Virus record (IMG/VR): IMGVR_UViG_3300032227_001595
Span: 1-32,648 of that record
From: a virus
Lineage: Duplodnaviria; Caudoviricetes
Direction: 5' to 3' (one strand)
DNA: 32,648 nt
Shown here in pieces: positions 24,493-32,648 of this stretch; positions within the stretch are counted from its first letter, which is position 1, and each line of letters opens with the position of its first letter. A program made the translations under genes and the position numbers. The notes under the pieces were generated by a model. That model made no database searches and was not told where the DNA came from. It saw nothing but the letters and a program-made list of their open reading frames with translations.

Positions 24493-25966
24493 CATCGCCC
24501 GCATCATGGAGGACCCGGTTGAGTTCATCAGCCGGCTCACCATCGTGTCGAAGTCCGGCAAGCTCGTCCGGCTGAAGCCGAACGCCGTGCAGATTGAGAC
24601 CATCGACGCGTTGTCAACCGGCAAAGACGTTGTCGTCCTGAAGGCCCGGCAGATGGGCCTCAGCACCATCGTCGCGGCGTACCTCTTCTGGCGCTGGTAC
24701 ACGTCGCCCGACCCTGAGCGGTACGCGGTCCTCTCGTACAAGCTGGCTTCGGCGAAGCACCTGTTCGGGATGTGGAAGGGGTTCTTCGACCGGCTGCCGA
24801 ACTTCCTGCGCCGGCCGCTGGCCGTGGACTCTACGACAGAGATGGTGCTGTCCGACACGGGCGCCATCCTCATGGCGGCCTCAGCCCAGGGCGACGGCGG
24901 TCTGCGGTCGTGGACCTGCTCCGCCATCTGGATCTCCGAGGCTGCGTTCAGCGAAGGCTACGAGGAGCTGAAGGCTACGGCCATCGCCAGCCTCAACGGC
25001 CTCGGCCCGCTCATCATCGAGAGCACCGCGAACTACCACGGCGACCCGGTCTACATCGAGCGCCAGCTCATCGAGAGCGGGACAGTCGACGGCATCAGCC
25101 TGTTCTTCCCGTGGTACCGGCTGCCCGAGTACGCGGTCACCCCGCCTGACGGATGGGAGGCTGACCCGTCCAGCCCGCACACACCGGATCAGCAGTACTG
25201 GGCCGAGGTCCAGCGCGGCAAGCTCGGCGTCGTGAAGTTCCGGCGCGAATACCCCGAGACCCCCGAGCAGGCATACGCCGCCGTGGCTGGGGCCTGGCTC
25301 GACGACGGCTACTTCGAGGACATCGAGGCCATCCGCCTGGAGACCTCGGGCGGCGCGCTCGCTGCCGTGGACCCGAGGGACAAGTACGCCATCGGTGTCG
25401 ACGTCGGTGCAGGTACGGGCGGGGACTGGTCGACCGTCGTCGTGCTGTCCGCCCTCACCCGTCAGGTCGTGGACATCCGTCGCTCGAACGCCATGTCGCC
25501 GACCGAGTGGGCTGAGGTGGTGGCCGACGCCAGCCGCAAGTGGAACAACGCAAAGGTCTGCGTCGAGCAGAACGGCACCTGGGGCGGCGTGGTCTGCAAC
25601 GAGCTGCGGCACATGGGCGTTCCGCAGTGGACGGACAACGACGGCAAGTACTGGACGACGACGTCCGAGTCCAAGCCGCGGATGCTCGAAGGCGTGCGTG
25701 ACGCACTGTCGCGCAACCAGTTCTCCCAGCTGGACTCGTGGACCATCGGCGAGTTGCGCTCCTTCAAGATGGACGAGAAGGGCAGGCCGTACGCGCCGAC
25801 CGGCGGTCTGCATCACGGTGACACGGTCATCGGACTGGCCCTCGCGCTCGTCTGTCTGGACACAGTGCGCGTGTCGGACAAGCCCTTCCTCCCGCAGTGG
25901 ATTACCGACCGCCGCGTACAGGCCGCGCGTACTCAAGGCGCAGGCCGAGAGTTCCGTAGATACTGA
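24473..25966 (+). CDS. terL: Terminase large subunit (497 aa)
   Basis: GGAGGAGG RBS; Walker A LKARQMGLST, Walker B IWISEAAF, coupling motif IESTA, RNase H-like GVDVGAG..GDWS and HGDTVIG. Confidence 0.93.
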   Translation: MSLSQADIARIMEDPVEFISRLTIVSKSGKLVRLKPNAVQIETIDALSTGKDVVVLKARQMGLSTIVAAYLFWRWYTSPDPERYAVLSYKLASAKHLFGMWKGFFDRLPNFLRRPLAVDSTTEMVLSDTGAILMAASAQGDGGLRSWTCSAIWISEAAFSEGYEELKATAIASLNGLGPLIIESTANYHGDPVYIERQLIESGTVDGISLFFPWYRLPEYAVTPPDGWEADPSSPHTPDQQYWAEVQRGKLGVVKFRREYPETPEQAYAAVAGAWLDDGYFEDIEAIRLETSGGALAAVDPRDKYAIGVDVGAGTGGDWSTVVVLSALTRQVVDIRRSNAMSPTEWAEVVADASRKWNNAKVCVEQNGTWGGVVCNELRHMGVPQWTDNDGKYWTTTSESKPRMLEGVRDALSRNQFSQLDSWTIGELRSFKMDEKGRPYAPTGGLHHGDTVIGLALALVCLDTVRVSDKPFLPQWITDRRVQAARTQGAGREFRRY

Positions 25967-25992
25967 GCAACCTCGTGATACTGTGAGGCCGC

Positions 25993-27618
25993 ATGGCACG
26001 CACCGAGAAGACCCGCATCCAGTTCATCCGCGCAGCTCTCCAGCAGCACACCGACTACTGGGACGAGCTGCGGCCGCAGATGCGCCGGTACCGCAACGCC
26101 TACATGACGAAGTTCTACGAGGACGTCTCGATGACCACGGACGACACGTCCATCCGGGTCGAGACGGCCGACGCGTACGCGAGCATCGAGTCCATGATGG
26201 GCTCGCTGTTCACGAAGTACCCTGGCGTGGAGCTGGGCCCTGACATCAGTGGCAAGGGCGACCTCGTCCTGACCCGCGAGCTGGCGAACAACTGGCTGAA
26301 GTCCTGTCGTCAGCAGATGGAGAACGCCGCTCGCATGGCGCTCATCTACACGCACAGCTTCCTGAAGCTGGCGCCGCGGGAGAGCAACACGCTCACCGGC
26401 AAGATCGCCATGCGCGCCATCCCGCCGTGGCAGGTCCTCGTGGACCGCGACGCCGCAGCCTGGGAGGACAGCCGCTTCATCGGCCACGTGTACTACCTCA
26501 GTGTGGACGAGGCGACGGAGAAGTTCGGCAACAAGAAGTTCACCGGCTGTGCGCAGAAGGACTACTTCACCGACTTCGAGCGCAATACCGACCGGAGCTA
26601 CCGCTCGTACGGTGACAGCCCCGACCTGCCGAACGAGTACCTGTACATCGAGGTCGTCGAGATGTACGACTTCGTGAACAAGGAGCTGCTGTTCTGGTCG
26701 ACCCACTACAAGAACGGGGCCGAGTTGCTGGAGAAGGCGGCCATCCCGGTCATGACGTTCGACGGCCGGCCGATGTCCAACCTCGTGCCGTTCTACTTCG
26801 CGCGCCGCCCCGACCGCCCGATGGAAGGGTACGCGGCGATGGCCCGCATCTACGACCAGTGCTTCGAGAAGAACATCCTCCGCACGTTCTGGGCGAACGC
26901 GGTGCGCCGCGACAGCCGCCAGTTCATCTACAAGGAGGGCGCCTTCGACGAGGAGGTGCTGGCCAAGATCACGTCGGGTGTCGATGGCGCGATGATCCCC
27001 ACGGACAGCGATACGCTCGACGGCCTCATCCGTGCGGTCGAGGTCCCGCCCATCAGCAGCAACCACGCGGCGTACCTGAACTACGTCGAGCAGGACCTGC
27101 AGAAGGGCAGCCTGACTGCGGGCTTCACCCGCGGCGAGGCCAGCAAGGCGACGGCGACCGAGGTCTCCGCGCTCATGCAGTACACCGCCTCGGAGCTGGG
27201 CAAGATGGCCCGCGACCGCGATGCGGTCATCGAGTCGGCCGCGCTGCTCTACGTGCGCATGCTCCTGCCGCTCATCGACGACAAGGACAAGGTCGTCATC
27301 TCCACGCCCGAAGGGGCCAAGGTCGTATCCGAGGCTCGCCTCGATGCGGACTGGACGTTCTACGCCACGGACGGTGGGGCCACTCCCGTCACGGACATGG
27401 TCAAGAAGCAGCAGCTCGTGTCGCTCCTCGCGCCCCTGGCTCAGCTCGGCGTGCCGGCCACCCCGCTGCGGGAGGAGGTCGTCCGCCTGTTCGACCTGCC
27501 GCCCACGTTCAACGAGGTCGAGCCGCCCGCCCCGCAGGAGGCGCCCGCCACCATGGCTGCGCCCACCGCTGCGCCTACGCCTGAGGCCGCCACGGCCGCA
27601 GTCATCGGGGGTGCGTGA
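25993..27618 (+). CDS. Portal protein (541 aa)
   Basis: Follows TerL; size and helical character fit; GEASKATATEVSAL clip-like motif typical of P22-type portals; Pro/Ala tail. Confidence 0.85.
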   Translation: MARTEKTRIQFIRAALQQHTDYWDELRPQMRRYRNAYMTKFYEDVSMTTDDTSIRVETADAYASIESMMGSLFTKYPGVELGPDISGKGDLVLTRELANNWLKSCRQQMENAARMALIYTHSFLKLAPRESNTLTGKIAMRAIPPWQVLVDRDAAAWEDSRFIGHVYYLSVDEATEKFGNKKFTGCAQKDYFTDFERNTDRSYRSYGDSPDLPNEYLYIEVVEMYDFVNKELLFWSTHYKNGAELLEKAAIPVMTFDGRPMSNLVPFYFARRPDRPMEGYAAMARIYDQCFEKNILRTFWANAVRRDSRQFIYKEGAFDEEVLAKITSGVDGAMIPTDSDTLDGLIRAVEVPPISSNHAAYLNYVEQDLQKGSLTAGFTRGEASKATATEVSALMQYTASELGKMARDRDAVIESAALLYVRMLLPLIDDKDKVVISTPEGAKVVSEARLDADWTFYATDGGATPVTDMVKKQQLVSLLAPLAQLGVPATPLREEVVRLFDLPPTFNEVEPPAPQEAPATMAAPTAAPTPEAATAAVIGGA

Positions 27619-28073
27619 TGCCGCTGTACGACTACCGCTGCGAGGAGCACGGCAAGTGGGAGGCGCTCGCCAAGTTCGATGACGCGTCGAAGCCCTGTCC
27701 GGTTTGCTCCACCCCGAGCGTCCGCATGATCAGCATGCCGGCGAAGATGGCCACGCTGTGGAACGGCGGCTGGAACTCTGGCCTCAGCAACACCGGGTTC
27801 TTCTCGGCCTCGGCCGGGCAGCGAGTCTCGGACAAGCGCGAGGAAGAGAAGATCATGCGCAGCCGCGGGTTCATCAACGAGAAGGACCTCGGCGGCGAAG
27901 TCTTCCACGAGCGCATGGTTGCCAAGGCACGCGACGAGCGCGCCGAGGGCGAGGCCACGGCGAAGGCGTGGAAGGACAACCTGACCAAGTTCGGCGGCGA
28001 CAAGGTGCGCGCCATGACCGAGACGTTCCCCGCACACAAGATGCTGGAGCAGTCCAGCAAGGAGTCCGCATGA
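27618..28073 (+). CDS. FmdB-like zinc-ribbon protein (151 aa)
   Basis: MPLYDYRCEEHG...PCPVCS...RMIS motif (CxxH/CxxC); TGATG coupling. Confidence 0.8.
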   Translation: MPLYDYRCEEHGKWEALAKFDDASKPCPVCSTPSVRMISMPAKMATLWNGGWNSGLSNTGFFSASAGQRVSDKREEEKIMRSRGFINEKDLGGEVFHERMVAKARDERAEGEATAKAWKDNLTKFGGDKVRAMTETFPAHKMLEQSSKESA

Positions 28074-28609
28074 CGCCCGACGAGAAGATGGACCTGGAGA
28101 AGATGCGCGCTGAGGCCATGAAGCGCGAAGGCGAAACCGAGGACATGGAGGATGAGGTCTACGCGTCGTCCGCCCCCAAGGGTCGCTTCAGTGGCAAGGC
28201 GCTCAACGCCCTGGTCGACGCGACCAACCGCCTCCTCCCGCTCTTCGGCGTCACCGACGCGTACCCGAAGTTCGGCGGCGAGATGCAGACCACCCTGCCG
28301 CCCGCGTTCATGCGCGTGCTGTCGATGTTCCAGAAGGCCATCGGCGACGCGGTGGCTGAGGGTGTCTTGCCCGAGGACGCGAGCATCGACCTGACCATCA
28401 TCACCGACGATTCCGGCCTGCAGGGCCTCGGCGGTCGGCTCGGCATGGCGGCCAAGGCTCCGGGCTTCAAGCGGTTCCTGAAGACCAAGGTCGCCGAGGC
28501 CGGCGCCGAGGAGATGAAGGAAGGAGAGTACGGCGAGAAGCCGGAAGACGAGTCCGAGGACATGATGTCCGAAGACAAGACCAACGCCCTGTTCACCGAA
28601 AGGATGTGA
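28070..28609 (+). CDS. Acidic hypothetical head-morphogenesis protein (179 aa)
   Basis: AAGGAG RBS, ATGA overlap; acidic termini; located between portal and scaffold. Confidence 0.7.
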   Translation: MTPDEKMDLEKMRAEAMKREGETEDMEDEVYASSAPKGRFSGKALNALVDATNRLLPLFGVTDAYPKFGGEMQTTLPPAFMRVLSMFQKAIGDAVAEGVLPEDASIDLTIITDDSGLQGLGGRLGMAAKAPGFKRFLKTKVAEAGAEEMKEGEYGEKPEDESEDMMSEDKTNALFTERM

Positions 28610-28613
28610 TCGC

Positions 28614-29402
28614 ATGAGCACCGCAGCCACGCCGACCCCGGCACCTGCTGACACTACCGTCGTCGAGCCTGTCGTCGCGGCCCCTCCGGCTCCCGAGCCG
28701 GAACCCGAAGTCGAGGACATGAGCCTGGACGATCTGTTGGACTCGTCCCTCGACGAGCACCCTGAGCTGAAGGGCGGGCACAAGGGCCTGCCTGACTACA
28801 AGAAGATCCTGGAGCACCTGCCCGAGAACGGCCGGAAGCTCGTCGGAAACCTGCGCGCTTCGTACACGCAGAAGACCCAGGAGCTGGCTGGCATGAAGGC
28901 CCAGCTCGAACAGGAGCGTGCAGCCCTCGCCCGCGACCGCGAGCTGATGACCAAGTCCGAGTTCGCGCAGCAGGTCAAGGCACAGGCCGAGGCCCCGCTG
29001 CAGCACGACGCCTGGTCGGACGAAGGACTGCAGGAGCGCATCAACAAGCAGGCCGCGCAGATGATGCAGAAGATGCTGGAGCCGCTCCAGCAGGACCTCG
29101 TCGCGCAGCAGCGGCAGGTCGCTCTGAACAGCTTCAAGAGCCAGCATCCCGACCTGACCTCTGACGAGGTCCGCATGCCGGTGGCGAAGCTCCTGATGGA
29201 CCGCCCTGAGCTGAAGCTCGAAGACGCGTACTTCATCGTCAAGGGTCAACTTTCGCGCCAGCAGGCCGATGCCGTGAAGCAGGCACAGCGCGACACGTTG
29301 ATGAAGACGTCGACCGGCAACGCCGTCCGCAACGCAGCCCCGCCGAAGTTCAAGTCGGCGTGGGAGGCGTACCAGTACCACAAGGCGAACGGCACCAAGT
29401 AG
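28614..29402 (+). CDS. Capsid scaffolding protein (262 aa)
   Basis: Acidic Pro-rich N-terminus, RASYTQKTQELA coiled coil, FKSQHPDL, LEDAY; immediately upstream of the capsid gene. Confidence 0.8.
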   Translation: MSTAATPTPAPADTTVVEPVVAAPPAPEPEPEVEDMSLDDLLDSSLDEHPELKGGHKGLPDYKKILEHLPENGRKLVGNLRASYTQKTQELAGMKAQLEQERAALARDRELMTKSEFAQQVKAQAEAPLQHDAWSDEGLQERINKQAAQMMQKMLEPLQQDLVAQQRQVALNSFKSQHPDLTSDEVRMPVAKLLMDRPELKLEDAYFIVKGQLSRQQADAVKQAQRDTLMKTSTGNAVRNAAPPKFKSAWEAYQYHKANGTK

Positions 29403-29428
29403 ACAGGGGGCCAACGCCTGCGTATACT
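29400..29428 (+). promoter_or_regulatory. Sigma70-type promoter TAGACA-N17-TATACT for the capsid gene
   Basis: The -35 overlaps the scaffold TAG stop; 17-nt spacer. Confidence 0.7.
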
Positions 29429-29434
29429 ACCCAC

Positions 29435-29584
29435 AGTACAACTCACCCGACTGCCCGAAGCGCACCGCCAAGAAGAAGCGATACGCGCTGAGGGGAACAG
29501 GGAGAGCGGAGCCGGAAGGCCACCCGACCCGTCATACCCCCGGCCGCAAGGCCATCTCGTTCAACGTCAAGGTCTGAGGTTCCA
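29435..29584 (+). ncRNA. Candidate structured 5' leader of the major capsid mRNA
   Basis: Three hairpins, two of them closed by GNRA loops (GGAA, GCAA); see findings. Confidence 0.5.
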
Positions 29585-30607
29585 ATGCCCATCAGCAACG
29601 AACTCCTCTCCTCGACTCTGTTCAGCATCCGTGACGGCGAGGTCGACGAGCTTTTCAAGCGCGTCCCCTTCCTCGACATGGCCAAGAAGCTGGGCGGGGT
29701 TGAGTACGAGGACGGCGGTATCAAGATCCAGCGTCCCCTCGCTGTGTCCAACCACTCCACCATCACCCAGCTCGCCACCGGCTACGAGCCTGTCTCCCTC
29801 GCGGTGCAGGACGTCATGCAGCCCGCGATCTACGAGTGGTGCGACTTCGTCGCGCCCATCGTGATCACGAAGAAGGAAGAGCTGGAGAACCAGGGCGAGA
29901 AGGCGATCGTCAAGATCGTCGAGGCCCGCATGCGCAACGTGATGGGCATGCTCCGTCGCGAGCTGAACAAGCAGATCGTTGCTGGCAACAGCACCGTTCT
30001 GACCACGTTCGGCACGCTCAACGGCGTCGCCACCACCACGGGCTTCCTGGAGCAGGGCGCTCCGACGGCGGCCGGCCAGACCAACCTCGTCGGCGGGCTC
30101 GCCCGCTCCATCGTCCCCGATGGCGACGGTCTGTTCAACCGCGTCTTCAACGCCAACGCGCTGTTCGGTACCGACGGTATCCGTGGCATGCAGCAGCTCT
30201 CCGCCGAGACGAGCGCCCGCGCTCCGATGGGTGAGATCAAGCTGGTGCTCGCCTCTGAGGCTGGGTACGCGAACTACCGTCGCGCGCTCTTCCAGCAGGA
30301 GCGCTACATCGACGAGAAGCAGCTCGACGCCGGCAACATGAGCCTCGCCTTCGGTGGCGCGGCCGTGGTGCAGGACACGTTCATGCCGACCAACGCGGCA
30401 ACGGGCGCGAACCTCGAGTGCACGATGTACTTCCTCAACTTCGACGGCATCAAGCTCGTCCAGCACAGCGATGGTGACTTCGCCGTGAGCCCCTTCGAGT
30501 ACATTCCGGGTACGACCGCTCGGTCCGCCCAGATCTACTTCAAGGGTCAGCTCATCGCGGACAACCTCGCCAGCTGCGCTCTGCTCTACAACGGGGAGGT
30601 CTACTAA
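29585..30607 (+). CDS. Major capsid protein (HK97 fold, P22/T7-like), 340 aa
   Basis: GAGG RBS; after the scaffold; GGIKIQRPL, YEW...API.I...E..EN.G, G..SLAFGG..VVQD, MYFLN patterns. Confidence 0.88.
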   Translation: MPISNELLSSTLFSIRDGEVDELFKRVPFLDMAKKLGGVEYEDGGIKIQRPLAVSNHSTITQLATGYEPVSLAVQDVMQPAIYEWCDFVAPIVITKKEELENQGEKAIVKIVEARMRNVMGMLRRELNKQIVAGNSTVLTTFGTLNGVATTTGFLEQGAPTAAGQTNLVGGLARSIVPDGDGLFNRVFNANALFGTDGIRGMQQLSAETSARAPMGEIKLVLASEAGYANYRRALFQQERYIDEKQLDAGNMSLAFGGAAVVQDTFMPTNAATGANLECTMYFLNFDGIKLVQHSDGDFAVSPFEYIPGTTARSAQIYFKGQLIADNLASCALLYNGEVY

Positions 30608-30609
30608 CC

Positions 30610-31098
30610 ATGGCAACGTCCACTCTGGTTCAGTACCTGGAGACGACCGCGAACCTCGCAGCCGGTGGCACCACCACCCTCGGCGGGGACATCAGCGACC
30701 GTTGCCAGACCGAGACGTTCCTCACCGTCACCGCCATCACGGCGGGTCAGTGGGTCGCGTTCGACACCACGCAGACGGGCGCGGCGAAGGTCGTGGTTGT
30801 CTCGGCGGCTCCGAGCACGTTCGCTCTCGGCAACCCGCTCGTCGTGGGCGTGGCCGTCGAGACCGTGACCGGTACGGTGGCTTCGCCTCAGCCGGTCAAG
30901 GTTGTCGTCGGCGGCTACGTCGCTTCGGCGGCTGTGGACAACGCGGTCGTGGCGGCCGGCACCTCCCTCGTCGTGGACAACACGGCGGTGGGTCGCGCCA
31001 ACGCCTACGCTGCGGCGGACACCGCCAACCCGTGCGGCGTGAGCCTCACCGCGGCCGCGGGCAACCTCGCGGCTGTCTGGGTCTACAAGCAGTTCTGA
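30610..31098 (+). CDS. Capsid cement/decoration protein (162 aa)
   Basis: Small Ala/Val/Thr-rich beta protein directly after the capsid gene (AITAGQWV, VVGVAVE, VKVVVGG). Confidence 0.7.
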   Translation: MATSTLVQYLETTANLAAGGTTTLGGDISDRCQTETFLTVTAITAGQWVAFDTTQTGAAKVVVVSAAPSTFALGNPLVVGVAVETVTGTVASPQPVKVVVGGYVASAAVDNAVVAAGTSLVVDNTAVGRANAYAAADTANPCGVSLTAAAGNLAAVWVYKQF

Positions 31099-31121
31099 CA
31101 CTGCTGTAGCCGCACACAAGT

Positions 31122-31155
31122 CGGGCGGCGTGGGATACCCTTCCTGCGCCGCCCG
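31122..31155 (+). terminator. Strong hairpin after the capsid/cement genes (attenuator or mRNA stabiliser)
   Basis: CGGGCGGCGTGGGA-TACCCT-TCCTGCGCCGCCCG, 14-bp stem with two G-U pairs; no U tract. Confidence 0.5.
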
Positions 31156-31177
31156 CATCTGCATCTGGAGGTAGGCT

Positions 31178-32648
31178 GTGAATCTGACCGAGGTACGGAA
31201 CAAGATCAAGTCCATCACGGACTACAGCCCTGAGCTTGCCGTGTACAACGAGCAGCTCGACATCCTCATCAACGATGCGTACAACGCGCTCTGGACGGAG
31301 AAGCGCTGGAAGTTCGCGCAGAAGACCATCTTCATGGACATCTGGCCGGACATCGTCCCGCTCCAGCCGAACGGCACGTCCACCATCAACGCGAGCGTGA
31401 CGAACAACCGTCGCCGCGTCACCTTCAGCGGCCCCATCCGCGCGATGGAGACCTACCCCTACGAGTGGGAAGGTCAGGTCATCGCCATCCAGGGCCGCGA
31501 CTACCTCATCGACGCCGTCATCAGCGGCACCGAGATCCGCCTTCGCGAGCCCTTCCGCGGCACGACGAACGTGGACGATGACACGTGGAAGATCAAGCAC
31601 CGCTTCTACGACCTGCCCGCCGACGCCATCGAGCTGCTCGGGCTGACGCACAAGGACACGCCGGCGGTCGGGAAGATCCCTCCGTACGGTGCGGTCCGCG
31701 GCATGACCGCTCGTCGCGAGGAAGACCTCAACCTGCGCGAGGACTTCACCAACTTCTACGCCGAGGCCTACGTCCCGTACGGCACCTCGAACGTCCCACC
31801 GGCTGAGGTCACCGGGGCTTCGGGGACGACCGTGGTCAGCGCCACCATCCCGGTCGGCACATACCTCGAAGTCTGCTGGGCCTTCGAGACGGACGGCGGC
31901 AAGAAGGTGGGCGCCCTCAGCGAGCCCTTCATCGCGCAGGTGACCGGCCAGCAGAACGCCATCGAGGTCAAGTTCCGCACGTGGGACGGTGTGGCTGTGG
32001 CAGCCCCGGCCTACACCGACGGCGTGGACCAGGTGATGAACCCGTTCGAGGGTCTTCGGAAGCGGGTCTACTTCAACCAGAACTTCAACCGCACGACGGG
32101 CGTCCGCAACGCCGGGCTCCCGGTGTGGCGCGAGGTGACCCTCGGCTCGACGGCTGCAGTGCCGGGTATCCCTGGCCTCAACACGAGCGAAGACCCCGTC
32201 CGCGTGGCGGACACGGTGAGCTTCTACAACATCGTCAGCCTGACGCAGGTGAACCCCGGCAACAAGCGGTACATCGACTTCGACGGGCTGCACCTCCGCT
32301 TCCGCCCGTACCCGCGGCCCATCGGCAGCGACTTCGTGTACCTCTACTCGCCAGGTGTGCCGGACACATCGAACGATGCGAACGAGCGGCAGTTCCGCCG
32401 GTGGGAGTGCCGCTACTACCGCAAGCCCACGCGCCTCGGCCTGCCGACGGACACGCCTGAGCTGCCCATCGAGTTCCACCAGCTCGTCGTCTACAAGGTG
32501 CTGCACGACATCTACAGCAAGCACGACAACCTGAACCAGGCGCGGAACTACGAGAAGAAGTACGACGCCGAGGTCACCCGGTTGGCGAAGCGCTACGTCG
32601 ACAGCGTGGACATGGACCTCGTCCGTGGGCAGTTCGGTGCCATGACCA
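31178..32648 (+). CDS. Head-tail adaptor / tail tubular protein A-like, 505 aa across the circular join; absent from the ORF track
   Basis: GGAGGT RBS plus GTG 31178; MNLTEVRNKI...ILINDAYNALW...WKF, FYDLPAD, RPYPRP, YYRKPTRL..TDTPELPIEFHQLVVY; open to the window end and continues to 170. Confidence 0.8.
   Translation, partial: MNLTEVRNKIKSITDYSPELAVYNEQLDILINDAYNALWTEKRWKFAQKTIFMDIWPDIVPLQPNGTSTINASVTNNRRRVTFSGPIRAMETYPYEWEGQVIAIQGRDYLIDAVISGTEIRLREPFRGTTNVDDDTWKIKHRFYDLPADAIELLGLTHKDTPAVGKIPPYGAVRGMTARREEDLNLREDFTNFYAEAYVPYGTSNVPPAEVTGASGTTVVSATIPVGTYLEVCWAFETDGGKKVGALSEPFIAQVTGQQNAIEVKFRTWDGVAVAAPAYTDGVDQVMNPFEGLRKRVYFNQNFNRTTGVRNAGLPVWREVTLGSTAAVPGIPGLNTSEDPVRVADTVSFYNIVSLTQVNPGNKRYIDFDGLHLRFRPYPRPIGSDFVYLYSPGVPDTSNDANERQFRRWECRYYRKPTRLGLPTDTPELPIEFHQLVVYKVLHDIYSKHDNLNQARNYEKKYDAEVTRLAKRYVDSVDMDLVRGQFGAMT
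32526..32648. repeat. Terminal direct repeat (right copy)
   Basis: Identical to 1-123. Confidence 0.97.

Noticed and set aside
25957-25984. Promoter upstream of the portal gene (TAGATA...TGATACTGT)
   Set aside because: Spacing to the plausible -10 hexamers is 14 or 16 nt and the match is weak; possible but not supportable.
29435-29584. Known riboswitch (c-di-GMP or other) or tRNA in the capsid leader
   Set aside because: GNRA hairpins are present, but I could not match the conserved cores of known riboswitches or a cloverleaf with T-loop/CCA. Kept as an unknown structured leader.
30590-30612. Programmed frameshift or read-through fusing capsid to the cement protein
   Set aside because: The capsid ends in TAA, the next gene has its own GGGGAGG RBS and ATG in a different frame, and there is no clear slippery heptamer.
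1-32648. Alternative genetic code / stop-codon reassignment
   Set aside because: TGA, TAG and TAA all end genes at coupled junctions, and hallmark proteins are full length under code 11.

Overview
The window is an apparently complete, circularly permuted genome of a GC-rich tailed dsDNA phage. Bases 1-123 repeat exactly at 32526-32648, so the unit length is about 32,525 bp. The + strand carries a podovirus-type (P22/T7-like gene order) virion module: putative TerS, TerL, portal, Zn-ribbon protein, scaffold, major capsid, cement protein, an enlarged head-tail adaptor that spans the contig ends, a nozzle, three paralog-like fibre/anchor proteins, three ejection proteins (243, 720 and 1921 aa), small basic proteins, fibre/chaperone pairs, and a holin / small helical protein / M15 endolysin cassette. 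A short - strand early operon (Gp157-like, an integrase core-binding-like domain fused to an Sm-like domain, small ORFs) and a + strand early operon (XRE regulator, Prim-Pol/VapE primase-helicase) diverge from an AT-rich, iteron-like putative origin. I found no catalytic integrase, DNA polymerase, par genes, tRNA or CRISPR array. The most notable non-annotated signals are: (1) a self-contained antisense transcription unit of about 95 nt (sigma70-type promoter hidden in the first codons of the primase gene, plus a reverse terminator) covering the primase RBS, like a plasmid copy-control countertranscript; (2) a structured ~150-nt leader in front of the major capsid gene with its own promoter and repeated A/YAC internal loops; (3) the integrase-N/Sm-like fusion. 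All protein calls come from motif recognition by eye and from gene order, not from database searches.
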